This document shows, piece after piece, positions 37,401-48,000 of a stretch of 64,000 bases of DNA. The notes beneath the pieces were generated by a model. That model did not search any database. It saw only the letters and a list, made by a program, of their open reading frames with translations, and had not been told where the DNA came from. The stretch is from Azolla caroliniana (taxonomy: Eukaryota; Plantae; Polypodiophyta). Numbering within the stretch: the stretch's first letter is position 1; each line of letters opens with the position of its first letter. A program made the translations under genes and the position numbers. The stretch is from positions 5,208,001-5,272,000 of the forward strand of contig JBHGNT010000018.1 in assembly GCA_043228905.1 (NCBI GenBank). The letters run 5' to 3'.

Positions 37401-38062
37401 GAAGATTCGCGCGTAAATGATGTCGCGAAGATTCGCGCGTGCGTGTGCTACTCGAGCGACCACCGGGGTCTTGGACTGGGGAGGATGATCGCGGAATTAT
37501 CGACGCTAGATGACGATCAATGTAAGATTAAATGAAAATGGTTTACTTGAGAAGAAGAAAATTTGTACACTTGAGAAGTAGAAAAATATGAAGATAAAGA
37601 CAAATATAATTTATATTGATGATAATGGTGTTGGTGATATCACATATTGAGCCCTCCTTACACAAGCCCAACTAGAGGCTTTTATAGGTCTTTCCATGCT
37701 CGTGACATGCACATAACCATGGGCTAAAACCATGGTTTTGTGCACACGGTTTTGCTTATGTCATGCACAAACCATGGGTTTAAAACCATGGTTTTGTGCA
37801 CATGGTTTTCTATGGTTGTTTCGTCTATAATTTGTATATGAAAAGGAAATACATAAAATCTACACTATATGATAGTTTTCCTAGTGGTAAGGCAATTATC
37901 TTGTATCTTAGAGGTGCAAGGTTCAATCCTTGCTTGCACCCCTCTGTATGAACTCAAGTGCCACTAGGCTAGGTTTATTTGCTAAGTGCATGTGCAATGT
38001 TGCACATCCTTGGTTTATTCGTCTCACTCGGTTTCATACCGTAGCCGAAAATCGTCACGACA
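34496..38062 (-). mobile_element. Element B: young non-autonomous Gag-only (TR-GAG-like) Ty3/gypsy-type LTR element
   Basis: 668-bp LTRs 34496-35163 and 37395-38062 (TGTCG...CGACA; two substitutions seen). ACGA 4-bp TSD. 18-nt PBS 37372-37389 matching the plant tRNA-Trp 3' end (ttcacgtcgggttcacca). PPT RC tccacccccacc. Single ORF with no pol motifs. Confidence 0.9.
35125..37350 (-). CDS. 741-aa Gag-like protein with a long acidic, then basic, low-complexity tail (element B)
   Basis: Uninterrupted ORF starting 22 nt after the PBS. N-terminal helical capsid-like region (FNGAEVQSFLKIY...DSWANFEKALL) and three PETSAV repeats; the stop codon lies inside the 3' LTR. Confidence 0.7.
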   Translation of the reverse strand: MDGEYLMEAMSRRMMEFLREEKRRNEAQQAVDKVVERMSYFNGAEVQSFLKIYNAEMDSRGVDKAMRLEYFSRVVSQPIFKDVTELLEAHDSWANFEKALLEGYGYERLKGRDRRKFDQWVTSAKTHQGATQAFVDFEHHFSQLSEREQRLVGVDKVLMFVKSIDRMERMAIGLKLEEDDGANGLIEDWSKVESVCRLHDKGQARISTTTRRPMRDDRRGTRCNNAPPTKEMKLRRETKPRRMVIEEEETSQQMRVNEVADTKALVRYDGTEREGVKQVTFLSYKETTAKEEADDSRTANATSREDKCFGTRIVYETSGDDGASMRKACMIEGEKVFESEEIEEVAMTNNIESEVAMDESTTNSHVDTFFTLVPETSAVAPMCQRETGEMEGGDGKTKAQHKEEEDRGRKDIPTPILETSAVVHVHQRETGETECVDKKEDDRKGDEEDKVNVNERRDSFTPVPETSAVETVCRHKTEDKGGGEEETIWLAASIHGGKDMADVEAKDEAAVEFDGEVACGKEGRVENRLNRKTIRPGFRPERRKIHMGADRPGPTRPKPDSAKIDRTIPIQKGADPARINRSSPTRGNVNADEGQPSQEAIGGDRSGQGQTRPNRRSTRTIYNTQLKTVSVRSGQESNRRTHAVDEGRAVVSTTSFGRSTTTDRGRRCERRIWWIGWLRWFGWKDCAYSKWKMKSTSVQRNSVDHRCQRYHLFTFLGTYRRMCGFGGGGCRDDFRLRYETE

Positions 38063-41000
38063 ACGAGGAATAACGTTTTAACGACCTCTTGGTTTAAACA
38101 CTGCCACGACCATATTTTGTGTACGGTTTTACGTACCCAGTCTACGTACTAGGTTACGTACTCGTTTACGCACCCAATGTTGAGCTTGTCTCTCAACACT
38201 CCCTCTCAAGCTCAACTTGAGGTTCCATCTGTTTTTCCGGATCTTCGCTCCGGCCTCTCCTGGCTTCACGCCTTGCTCGCGCTCCTCGACTCGTTCGATT
38301 CTGCGCGCTTCGACCCTTCTGGTCGGCTTGTCTGCTCATGGGACCCTTCTCAGTGCCCTTGCTATCGCGGTGTTGGCGCCTCTTTTGCTGCCCTTTCCTC
38401 CGCTTGGACCTTAGTCGATTCGTAATGTTCAAATTGAACATTTCGATTAAATCGGATACTTCCGATTCAATTCCACTTTTGCCTGAATTGGTTGTCTCCA
38501 ATTCGTCTTCTGTTTTCAGGCCCTTGACAACATCAGACCACGTCTTGGTCTTGGCCTTTATGCCCGTCTTGGCTATATTTCCCTTTTGTTCGGTTGTCTT
38601 CGGCTCTTCCTTGTGATTACGGACCCTGTTTGCTTCTTCTTCGGCTTCTTCAGCCGGCCCAAAATCAAATTCTTCATCCGATTTGGTGTCGCGGTCACTA
38701 CCGCTCCTTTCACGCTCCTGTTCTTGTTCCTGTCTCCCCCTCAAGTTCGGCGTGTCGAGGTGATGCAACCCTAGCTCACCCGAAACATGTCGTAACTTGT
38801 CGAGACCAAGGGGCTTGGTGAAGATGTCGACAATCTGCCGACCCATTGGAACATACGCTAGTTCAACTTCTCCAGAAAGGACATGCTCGCGAACGAAATG
38901 ATAATGCACCTCAATGTGCTTCGTCCGGGCGTGGAACATAGGGTTCTTCACAAGGTGGATGCTACTGAGGTTGTTGCAATAGATCATCGTTGGATCTGAC
39001 ACCTCCACATGCAGATCCCGTAATAGCCTTTTCAGCCAGATGACTTCGCACGTAGCGACAATCGCCCCTCGATATTTGGCCTCTATGCTTGACAACGCTA
39101 TTGTCGGCTGCTTCTTACTGCTCCATGCGATCGCTGCACTTCCCAATGAGAATGCGTATCCAGATGTGGATCTATGATCGTGGGCATTTCCGGCCCAATC
39201 AACATCCGTGTAGCCGGCTAACTATTTGGCTACGCCTACACGATACAACAACGCCATGTGTTTCGTGCTGTTGACATATCGTAATATCCTTTGTGCGCAC
39301 TGAAGGTGTTCGGTCGTGGGTTGCGACATAAATTGATTGATCATTCCGACCGGATAGCTGAGGTTCGGTCGAGTGATCGTCAAGTAGATGAGGCTTCCGA
39401 CAATCTGTCGAAGCTGTGTCGTGTCGCATGCCTTTCTCGAATCTCGTCGAAACTTTTCGTTTCTATCTAGGGGGGTCGAGATGGGTTTACAATCTGCCAT
39501 CCCGAATTTGAAGAGCATATTCAATCCGTAATGACGTTGGCTGATCAATATGCTTTCGGGGGAACGGATCACTTCGATCCCGAGGAAGTAATGAAGGTCT
39601 CCACGATCCTTCATTTCGAATGATGTTGCAAGTTGAGACTTTACACGGCTGATTTCTTCTAGGTTGGCACCGGCGATGACTAAATCATCAACATAAAGTA
39701 AAAGACAAACCGGTCCATGTCGACCTTGCCGAACGAATAATGAAGAGTTCGATTTGGATGTTGTAAACCCCATTCTACGCAACCGTTGCGTAATCTTCGC
39801 ATTCTAAGCTTGCGGGGCTTGCTTAAGGTCGTATAATACCTTCTTCAATCAGTAGACTGCCGAGGTGTTCTGTTCAGATAAAAATCCGGGGGACTGTACC
39901 ATGTACACTTGTTCCTCAAGATCGCCTTGCAAGAATGCATTTTTTACATCCATCTAATGTAAATGCCACCCCTTCACGGCTACTACGGCTAGTAGAACTT
40001 GCACGGTAGTCATCTTCGCGATTGGGGCAAAGGTCTCGTCGTAATCTATGTCGTGCTTCTGTGCGTAGCCTTTCACAACCAAACGGGCCTTATATCGGTT
40101 GACAGAGTCGTCGGTGTCGTATTTCACCTTATACACCCATCTACGTCTGATCAACTTTACACCCTTTAGTGCATCAACTAGGTCCCAAGTCTCATTGTCC
40201 GTTAAAGCGCACATCTCTTCCTCCATCGCGGCACGCCAATTTGCGTCTTTCGCCGCTTATGCATAGCTCTTTGGCTCACGCACTTCTGCCATGCGTGTCA
40301 TGTACGCATAATGATGCGCCATGTACTCATTATACCTGTACCTCTTTATGGGGTAGATCAACGCAATTCGTGATTACCTGATTTCACGACCCTTTCGGTC
40401 GATTTCGACCTCTTTCGCGGAGGTTCCTTTTCGATTGGCCCGAAGTCAAATTCACTCTGATCTGACTCAACACTGCCGAAATCGTATTCTAACATTTTCT
40501 TTTTCCCTTTTTCTTTATGTGTAAACCGTCTCCTTGGTTCTTTACGCGGGGATAACACGATCGAGTCTCCACTACTCGCCGACTCTTCATTTGGTTGGCC
40601 ATCTCGGCTCAACTCCTCATTCTGCCCACTTAGCCGAAATGAGATCAGACTCTCTGTCAGAGCTCCGATATCTTCATCACGCAAAGGCATCTCAACCTCG
40701 CTAACTTCTTCTTTAGAATTCAGAATGGAATCACGAGGTATTGGAGGTTGAGGCAAGTACCATGAAGTGGATTCTTCGAACACGACATCTCGGCTTACGC
40801 GAACTTCCTTCGTTCGGGGGTTATAGCACTTATACCCCTTTTGTTCGTCTGAATAGCCGACCAAGATTTACTTCTCGGCTTTGGCATTCAGCTTCCTCCA
40901 TTTCTCCTTTGGCACATGCACATACGTAATGCTACCTAAAATCCTCAAGTGTGCCAAGTTCGGCTTTTTGCCGTAATACAACTCATGTGGTGACACTCCT

Positions 41001-43089
41001 CCATTAGCAGAGGTCCGATTATGTAAGTAAACCACCGTCCTTATGGCTTTAGCCCAGTAAAACTTCGGCATATTCTTCACTTCAAGCATTGCCTTGGCGA
41101 CTTCTTCGATTGTCCGATTCTTCCGCTTGGTTACGCCGTTCTACTCCGGCGTATATCTACACGAGAATTCGCGTCGAATTCCTTCCTTCTGTAAATAACT
41201 CGTGAACTGGTTGGAGAAGTACTCCTTCCTGCCATCAGACCATAGGCACTTGATCTTTCGCCTAGTTTCCCTTTCCGCAAGGCTCTTCACCTTCAGGAAC
41301 CACGTGAAGACTTCGCTCTTTTTCACGATCAAGCACGCCTAGGTATGCCGAGTGAAGTCATCGATGAATCATGAAGGTTACAAAGTAATGGCTTCCACCG
41401 AGACTCACGTTCTGTGCCGGTCCCCGCAAATCCGAATGGATCAAATCCAATGGATTTCGACTACGATTACGCTCATTGGGGAATGGAAGGCGGTGTTGCT
41501 TCCTGAGTTGGTAGGCTTTGTAGACTTGGCCATTACGGCCCTAAAATTTCGGCAATCCGAAAGCAATGTTCTTTGTCTGCATTTCACGAAGCCATGGGAA
41601 GTTAACATGGCCGAAGTGCTTGTGCCATAGATCGATGTCCGACTCGACCTTCTATCCTTTCGCGAACAACGCGGTTCCAACTTGATTGGTGTCGAGGATG
41701 AACATCCTCCCTTCACGATGCCCTTGCGCGATAGCTTGACCTTCATCTTCAATGTAGCACCCAAGGTGTGTGAATCGAACTTGCAACCCCTGGTCGACGA
41801 TCTGTCTAACAGACACCAGGTTCTTGGTTATTGTCGGGATGTGCAACACGTTCATAAGTTTCCCTTTCTGCTCGACGTGGATGAGAGGAACTTCTCTGAT
41901 ATGTTCAATGGTATGCGGAGTGTCGTCTCCCATTTCGACCACTCCTCGTTTTTCCGGTTTCTCCAAGTACGAGAACCATTCATCATGACTCGTCATATGA
42001 TTTGACACTCCGCAATCAACATACCACACCTCGCTCGATTTTGAGGTGTTCACGGCCATTGAATTGGCCTTGTGCTTCATTACGAAGGCTGGGCCCGATC
42101 CATTTACGGCTTGTTCGGAGCCCTCAGTGTAGTGCGATTTTTGACACCTTCGTGCGTCTCTTTCGCTCCATCCGGATTTTTCCGAATCGGCTCTCTTCTT
42201 CCAACACTCACTCTCCCTATGGCCTTTCTTTCCACAGTACCAACATTCCGTTACGGCCTTCTCTTGCCAACTTCCGGAGCTGCTATGACTCCCCCTGCTT
42301 CCGGAGAGTTTGGAATTGCTTTCGACATTTCGATTATGCCACACGTTTTGCTCTTTTCGGCCACCTCTATTGCGCGCCGATCCGCCTCGTCCGCCACGAC
42401 TATGGGGCCTATCTTCCTCCGTGTACAACATCTTGCTGTCGGTGTGCATACTCGTTGACGCACCCACGTGATTTTCCTCTACGAGTAACATCGACTGAAG
42501 CTCAAAGAACGAAGGCGTAATCTCCCTTGTGCAGACCGTCGTTCGGAACGCTCCGAACTTTGACACTAACCCACCAAGACACACCTACACCATTTCTTCC
42601 TCCTCAATGTTCACGTTGACGGAGGCGAGAGAGTCACAGATCTCCTTGATTCGGGTTGTATAATCGGCCATAGAGAGATCTTTCTGTCAGATATTGCTAA
42701 GCTCCTGCTTGAGCTGCAGCTTCTTGGCCGTTGTGCTAGTGGCGAAAATCCTCTTGAGATTCATCCATGCATCCTTTGGCGTCTTAGCATCCCGAATGTA
42801 GCTCAAGAGTTGGTTGCTCACACAGGACATAAAGCAGTAAAGAACTCTTCTTGCCGCTTGTTCCCAAGCCGAAAAGTATCTGTGTGTCGATTCGGGTGCT
42901 GCATCATTAGCTCCATCGACGTAACTCCAGTAACCATGACCAAATAGGTACTGGTGCATCTTGTACGACCAAGATGCGTAGTTGCTCCTGTCAAGCTTCT
43001 CAGTCAGTAGCGAGCTTCCCATTCCTCTGTCCATATTGTTGTCTTATACTTTTCGATAACAACAACTTAACTCTGTCTTATCGCAAGCT

Positions 43090-44624
43090 TATCCGTTGGC
43101 ACTTAGGTTACCCTATTGCTCTCAAAGTTTGAATTGGATATCGAGGACCATTTTAGACAAATTTATGTATTGGAAGTCTCAAGCATGGCATTTAGTACTC
43201 GTCTCAAAGTGGTAAAAGCTATAATGATTCCAATGATTTCTTATTTTTTGCCATTATTACCTTGGACAAAGAAATCACTTGATCAATTAGCTCGTTCACT
43301 TAAATATACATTGTGGAAGAAAGAATCAAGATTGGGTATGAGTTGGGTATCATGGAACAATATTTGTACTCCAAAATAGTTAGGGGGAGTTGCATTACTA
43401 AATTTGGAGGATCATATGGTGGCTCGAAGATTCAATCTGTTGAAAGGTATGTGCATAGGTACCCAACCTTGGGCAGAAATAATTCGTTATTTGGTGGAAA
43501 AGGTTGGTATATACCATGGGAAAACCAGAATTAGAACATCGTGGTGGCATGTTGTTAATAGTACCAGTGCATTTAAATGTTCAGAATCTATTATGGTCCA
43601 ACAATTAGTGCTTTCTTGGCAACGATGCTTGGAATTATTTCATTGGAGCCCCCCTGAGTGTAGAAACGATACTTATTCCTTGGCAGCAGAGGTATTGGCA
43701 TCTTCAAGGCTACTACATTGGGATGGAAAAGAAAGCCTAAATACACAGTTTAATCAAATGGTCAGGCTGGGATTGGTAACGGTGGAAGATGGTATATTAC
43801 AGTCATGTAGGAAAATGATGGCCTTTAGGATAGTTAGAAATAAGTTTCATATACCACGGGGATATGGATACATTTGGGAATCAATATTGGCATTGCCTAG
43901 ATTAGTTTTCCCGATTCCAACGTTGCTGGTTGCGGACCCATGGAAAGATTGGTCATTTGGTATTGGACAATCAATTTTTGTGGTGAACACTAATGATGTA
44001 TACCATAAGTTGGTTGAAGATAGAGCTTGGTTAGCAACCAAGGTTGCAAACACATAGTATATTACTCGACATGCAAAGTGGTGGACTAGAGTTTTGGATG
44101 CAAGATGTCAGTCTCATCTTCCGTTTCATGCTAAGGTGTTTTTTTGGCGATGGTTGAGGAAGATGCCAGACATAGGTTCATTACATGTCCGGTTGCTAAA
44201 GCCATTTGGGTGGTTATATCACAAATTTGGGCATCAATAACAGGCAATATTTTGTCACCTTTTAACTGGGTTTTTATTGATGACGATAAAGGCATGCCTA
44301 CACCATCATATAAGGTCATGTTTGACTACCTTAGGTATTGGGGGATGTGGTTTAATTGGACCATGAGAAATGGGTTCTTGTTTGATGGACTTCATGGGGT
44401 AACACAACAACTTCATAGGATGAAAGGGAAATTGATTTGGCAATTTTCGCAACTATGTTGTTTGGGGACATTGTCCCGAGAGGAGATAGAGGTATGCCAT
44501 CTAGTTTTGCAACACTTGAGAGGGTTTCTCATGCATTATCACTACTCATGATGTAGTGAAGATAGCAAGGGTTGTATTAAATCATCTTGTTTTAATAACA
44601 AAACATTGATTTATGAAAAAAAAA
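43090..44624 (+). mobile_element. 5'-truncated L1-type LINE inserted in the 5' LTR/leader of element A
   Basis: HLGYPI, VSWNNICTPK and zf-RVT-like EEDARHRFITCPVAKAIW motifs; poly(A) at 44616-44624 abuts the LTR (AG)n tract. Confidence 0.85.
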
Positions 44625-44625
44625 G

Positions 44626-44663
<38 letters not shown>

Positions 44664-45067
44664 AGAAACACAAAACTATATTCCAAATAATTCTCTATGT
44701 TCTTTGTATTACATATTTTGTGCTCAGTAAGCACCTTATATACAAGCCCTGACTATCAGGCTGACACAAGTACTGCCAGTAATTGACCGCTCATAAATGA
44801 GCCTTCTACACTAACACCCAAAACTATTCCTTACGAGGAATAACGTTCTAACGGCCTCTTGGTTTAAACACCGCCACGACCATATTTTGCGTACGGTTTT
44901 ACGTACCCAGTCTACGTACTGGGTTACGTACCCGTTTACACACGCAATGTTGAGCTTGTCTCTCAACAGTCCTTGACCCACTTGCGTGGTTTTATTCGAT
45001 CATCAACATAGATTGCAGGTCGAAGAAGGACGATGGTTTCTCCCGGGTGCAAATCGATGTTTGGATT

Positions 45068-48000
45068 TGTTGGGAATCAACGCTTCGATTCACCTTCTTC
45101 CTTTCGGCCACAACCGAGTAATCGCGGATCAATGCAGCAGAAAATAGAAACCAAAAAGAGAGAAACACACGAGTACACAGGGATTAACGTGGAAAACCCT
45201 AGATGGGAAAAACCACGGGAGTACAAGACTCCAAACAACACTATACAAGAGAAGTATACAATGACGAGCTCCAAGGCGACGACCTTGAGCTTGCTGTCCT
45301 CGCCACAGGCGGCGGAAATACACAGAGGCGTCGTCCTCTTCCTCTCTCGCGCTCTATCTCTCACTCTGTCTCACGGCTGCTCCCTCTTCACTCCTCTTGA
45401 GTGGAAAAACAGAAAAATGATAAGCAACAACAACACTGTTTGCCCTAAGTCATATTTATACTTATATGACTTTGGGCTATTTACAACTGTAGCCTCAGGG
45501 GCCCATAGCGAACATATTCACGGATATGTCCCTGCATCCGGATCGCTCTCCGGGTACATTCGTCATCCGGTACCGAAACCGGGGTCTTCGTCATCCGGAT
45601 CCGAAACCGAAACCGGGCTTGTCGGCATTCATCTCCGATATCCGACCATCCCATGAAGAAGGGACCGTAATCCCAACAAACTCCCCCTTCACTTCGGCAT
45701 GGGATGTCTCTCCAATCCGATCCTCTTCCGGCATGCTTCCAGCTTGTCGGGTGTGAGGACCTTGGTCAGCATATCCGACCCGTTCTCGTCCGTGTGGATC
45801 TTTGTCAGCACGAACTCCTTGTCTTCTATCCTTTCCCGGATCCAGTGATATCTTCGCTGGATGTGCTTCGTCCGGGAGTGATAGGCCGCGTTCTTCGCAA
45901 GGTGGATTGCACTCTGACTGTCGCAGTAGAGTCGGTACTCCTCCTGTCGGATACCGAGCTCTCTAATGAAGTCCTTCATCCATATTATTTCCTTGCCGGC
46001 TTCAACAGCCGCCATGTACTCCGCCTCCGTGGTTGACAGCGCAACCGTCTTCTGCAGCCTCGACTGCCATGAAACAGCTCCCCCTGCATACGTCATCACA
46101 TACCCTGATGTGGACCGGCTGGTATCTGCATCAGCCGACATATCCGAATTGGTAAAGCCGTCGAGTTCGGGCTTTCCGGAGCCGAATCGGAGGCACACGT
46201 TTGCCGTGCCCTTCAGGTATCGGAGTATCCACTTGGCCGCGTTCCAATGCTCTTTGCCGGGATTGCTCATGTACCGGCTCACCACTCCGACTGCATATCC
46301 GATGTCCGGTCTCGTACACCATGGCGTACATCAAGCTCCCGACGGCTGAGGCATACGGCACTTTCATCATATCCTCCTTTTCAGCCTTTGTCTTGGGACT
46401 TTGCTTGCTGGACAGCTTGCAGTTTGTCGGGAGGGTCGATCCGACCGGTCTTGCTTCCGACATGTTGAACCGGTGAAGCACCTTCGTCACGTACTTCTCC
46501 TGTGACAGCCACAACTGCTTCTTGCTCCGGTCCCGGATGATGTGCATCCCTAGTATTTGTCTCGCCGGACCCAGGTCCTTCATTGAGAAGGTTCGGTGAA
46601 GAGCCTTCTTCAGCATCCGGATCTTGACCTGGTCCGGTCCGACGATCAACATGTCGTCCACGTACAGGAGGAGTATTAGAAAGTCTCCTCCTTCGAACTT
46701 CTTCACAAACACGCAGTGGTCGGACTGCGTTTTGAGGTACCCTTCGTCGGTCATGAAGGAGTCGAACTTCCGGTACCATTGCCGGGGAGCCTGCTTCAGT
46801 CCGTAAAGGCTCTTCTTCAACCGGCATACCAGGTGCTCCTTCCCTTTCTTCTCGAATCCTTCCGGTTGCTGCATGTAGATCTCTTCATCGAGGTCACCGT
46901 GAAGGAATGCCGTCTTCACGTCCATCTGTTCTACCTCGAGGTCTATGCTTGCCGCTATGCTCAGCACCGTCCGGATGGAGGTCATCTTCACTACCGGGGC
47001 AAATATCTCGTCGAAGTCGACGCCCTTCTTCTGCTGAAACCCCTTCACCACGATCCTGGCTTTGTATCTCGGGGGGTTTCCGGCATCTCCCGGTTTCAGC
47101 TTGAACACCCACTTGTTTCGAAGTGCCCGCTTTCCTTTCGGCAACTCCACAAGTTCATATGTGTGGTTCTCGTGCAGGGAATCCATTTCGTCCTGCATGG
47201 CACTCAACCACCTGCGGCTCTGGGTGTCATGTTTTGCTTCTTCAAAGCTCTCCGGCTCCCCCTCGTCGGTTAGCAGCACGTGCTCTGGTTCCGGAAATCT
47301 CCGGGGGGCCCTTCTCTCTCTTAGAGGATATCTCCGTTCCGGAGCTTCGGTAACCGGTTCTTCCGATTCTTCTTCATCCGAATCCATTTCGGGATCGGGG
47401 CCGGTTCCGGTATCGTTTTCATCTTCTTCGGCCGGTTCTGTTTCTTCACCGTCTTCGGCCGGATCCTCGAGTGCTAACCGGTCCCTTGCCGGTCGGGACT
47501 GCTCCTTGTAGAGTTGATCCTCACCGGTCGACTTGGAGCTCTTCACCTTCTTCTCCGACTCCCAGTCGGCGAGTGTCTTGTCCTCCATGAAGATGATGTC
47601 TCAACTCCTGAATATCTTCTTGTCGACCGGGTCCCATACTCGGTAGCCGAACTCGTCATCGCCGTAACCGAGGAATATGCATGGCCGGGTCTTTGGATCT
47701 AGCTTTCCTCTCCGGTCCTTTGCCACATGCACGTATGCGAGACACCCGAACACCTTCAGATGCCGGTAGGACACTTCCTTACCGGTCCACACTTTCTGCG
47801 GCGTGTCTCCGTCCAAAGGTACTGAGGGTGATCTGTTTATCACGTATGTCGCCGTCGACATTGCCTCAGCCCAAAACCCCTTGGGTAATTTCGCATGCGC
47901 CAGCATACTCCGGACCCGCTCCATTATGGTCCGGTTCATCCTCTCAGCCAGCCCGTTCAGTTCCGGCGTCTTCGGCACAGTAAACTCGAGTCGGATTCCC

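Larger units (their letters stand above)
34170..44968 (-). mobile_element. Element A: Ty1/copia with decayed gag-pol (38199-43034)
   Basis: GTCCT TSD (34165-34169, 44969-44973). 3' LTR 34170-38198 is interrupted by B; 5' LTR remnant ~44625-44968. PPT RC ctccctctcaag. Gag (LDRSNYASW, CWYC knuckle), PR (WYVDCG), IN (SDGRKEY), RT (LLYVDDL) and RH (ARTKHIEVHYHF) in copia order, with several stops. Confidence 0.92.

Noticed and set aside
45033-45656. 207/174-aa ORF repeated at 49855-50379
   Set aside because: It lies within the LTRs of D; the duplication simply reflects LTR identity.
47601-47603. TGA in D pol as programmed readthrough or a U-to-C editing site
   Set aside because: It replaces a conserved Arg codon at a CpG, reverse editing is organellar, and a separate frameshift also breaks the ORF.
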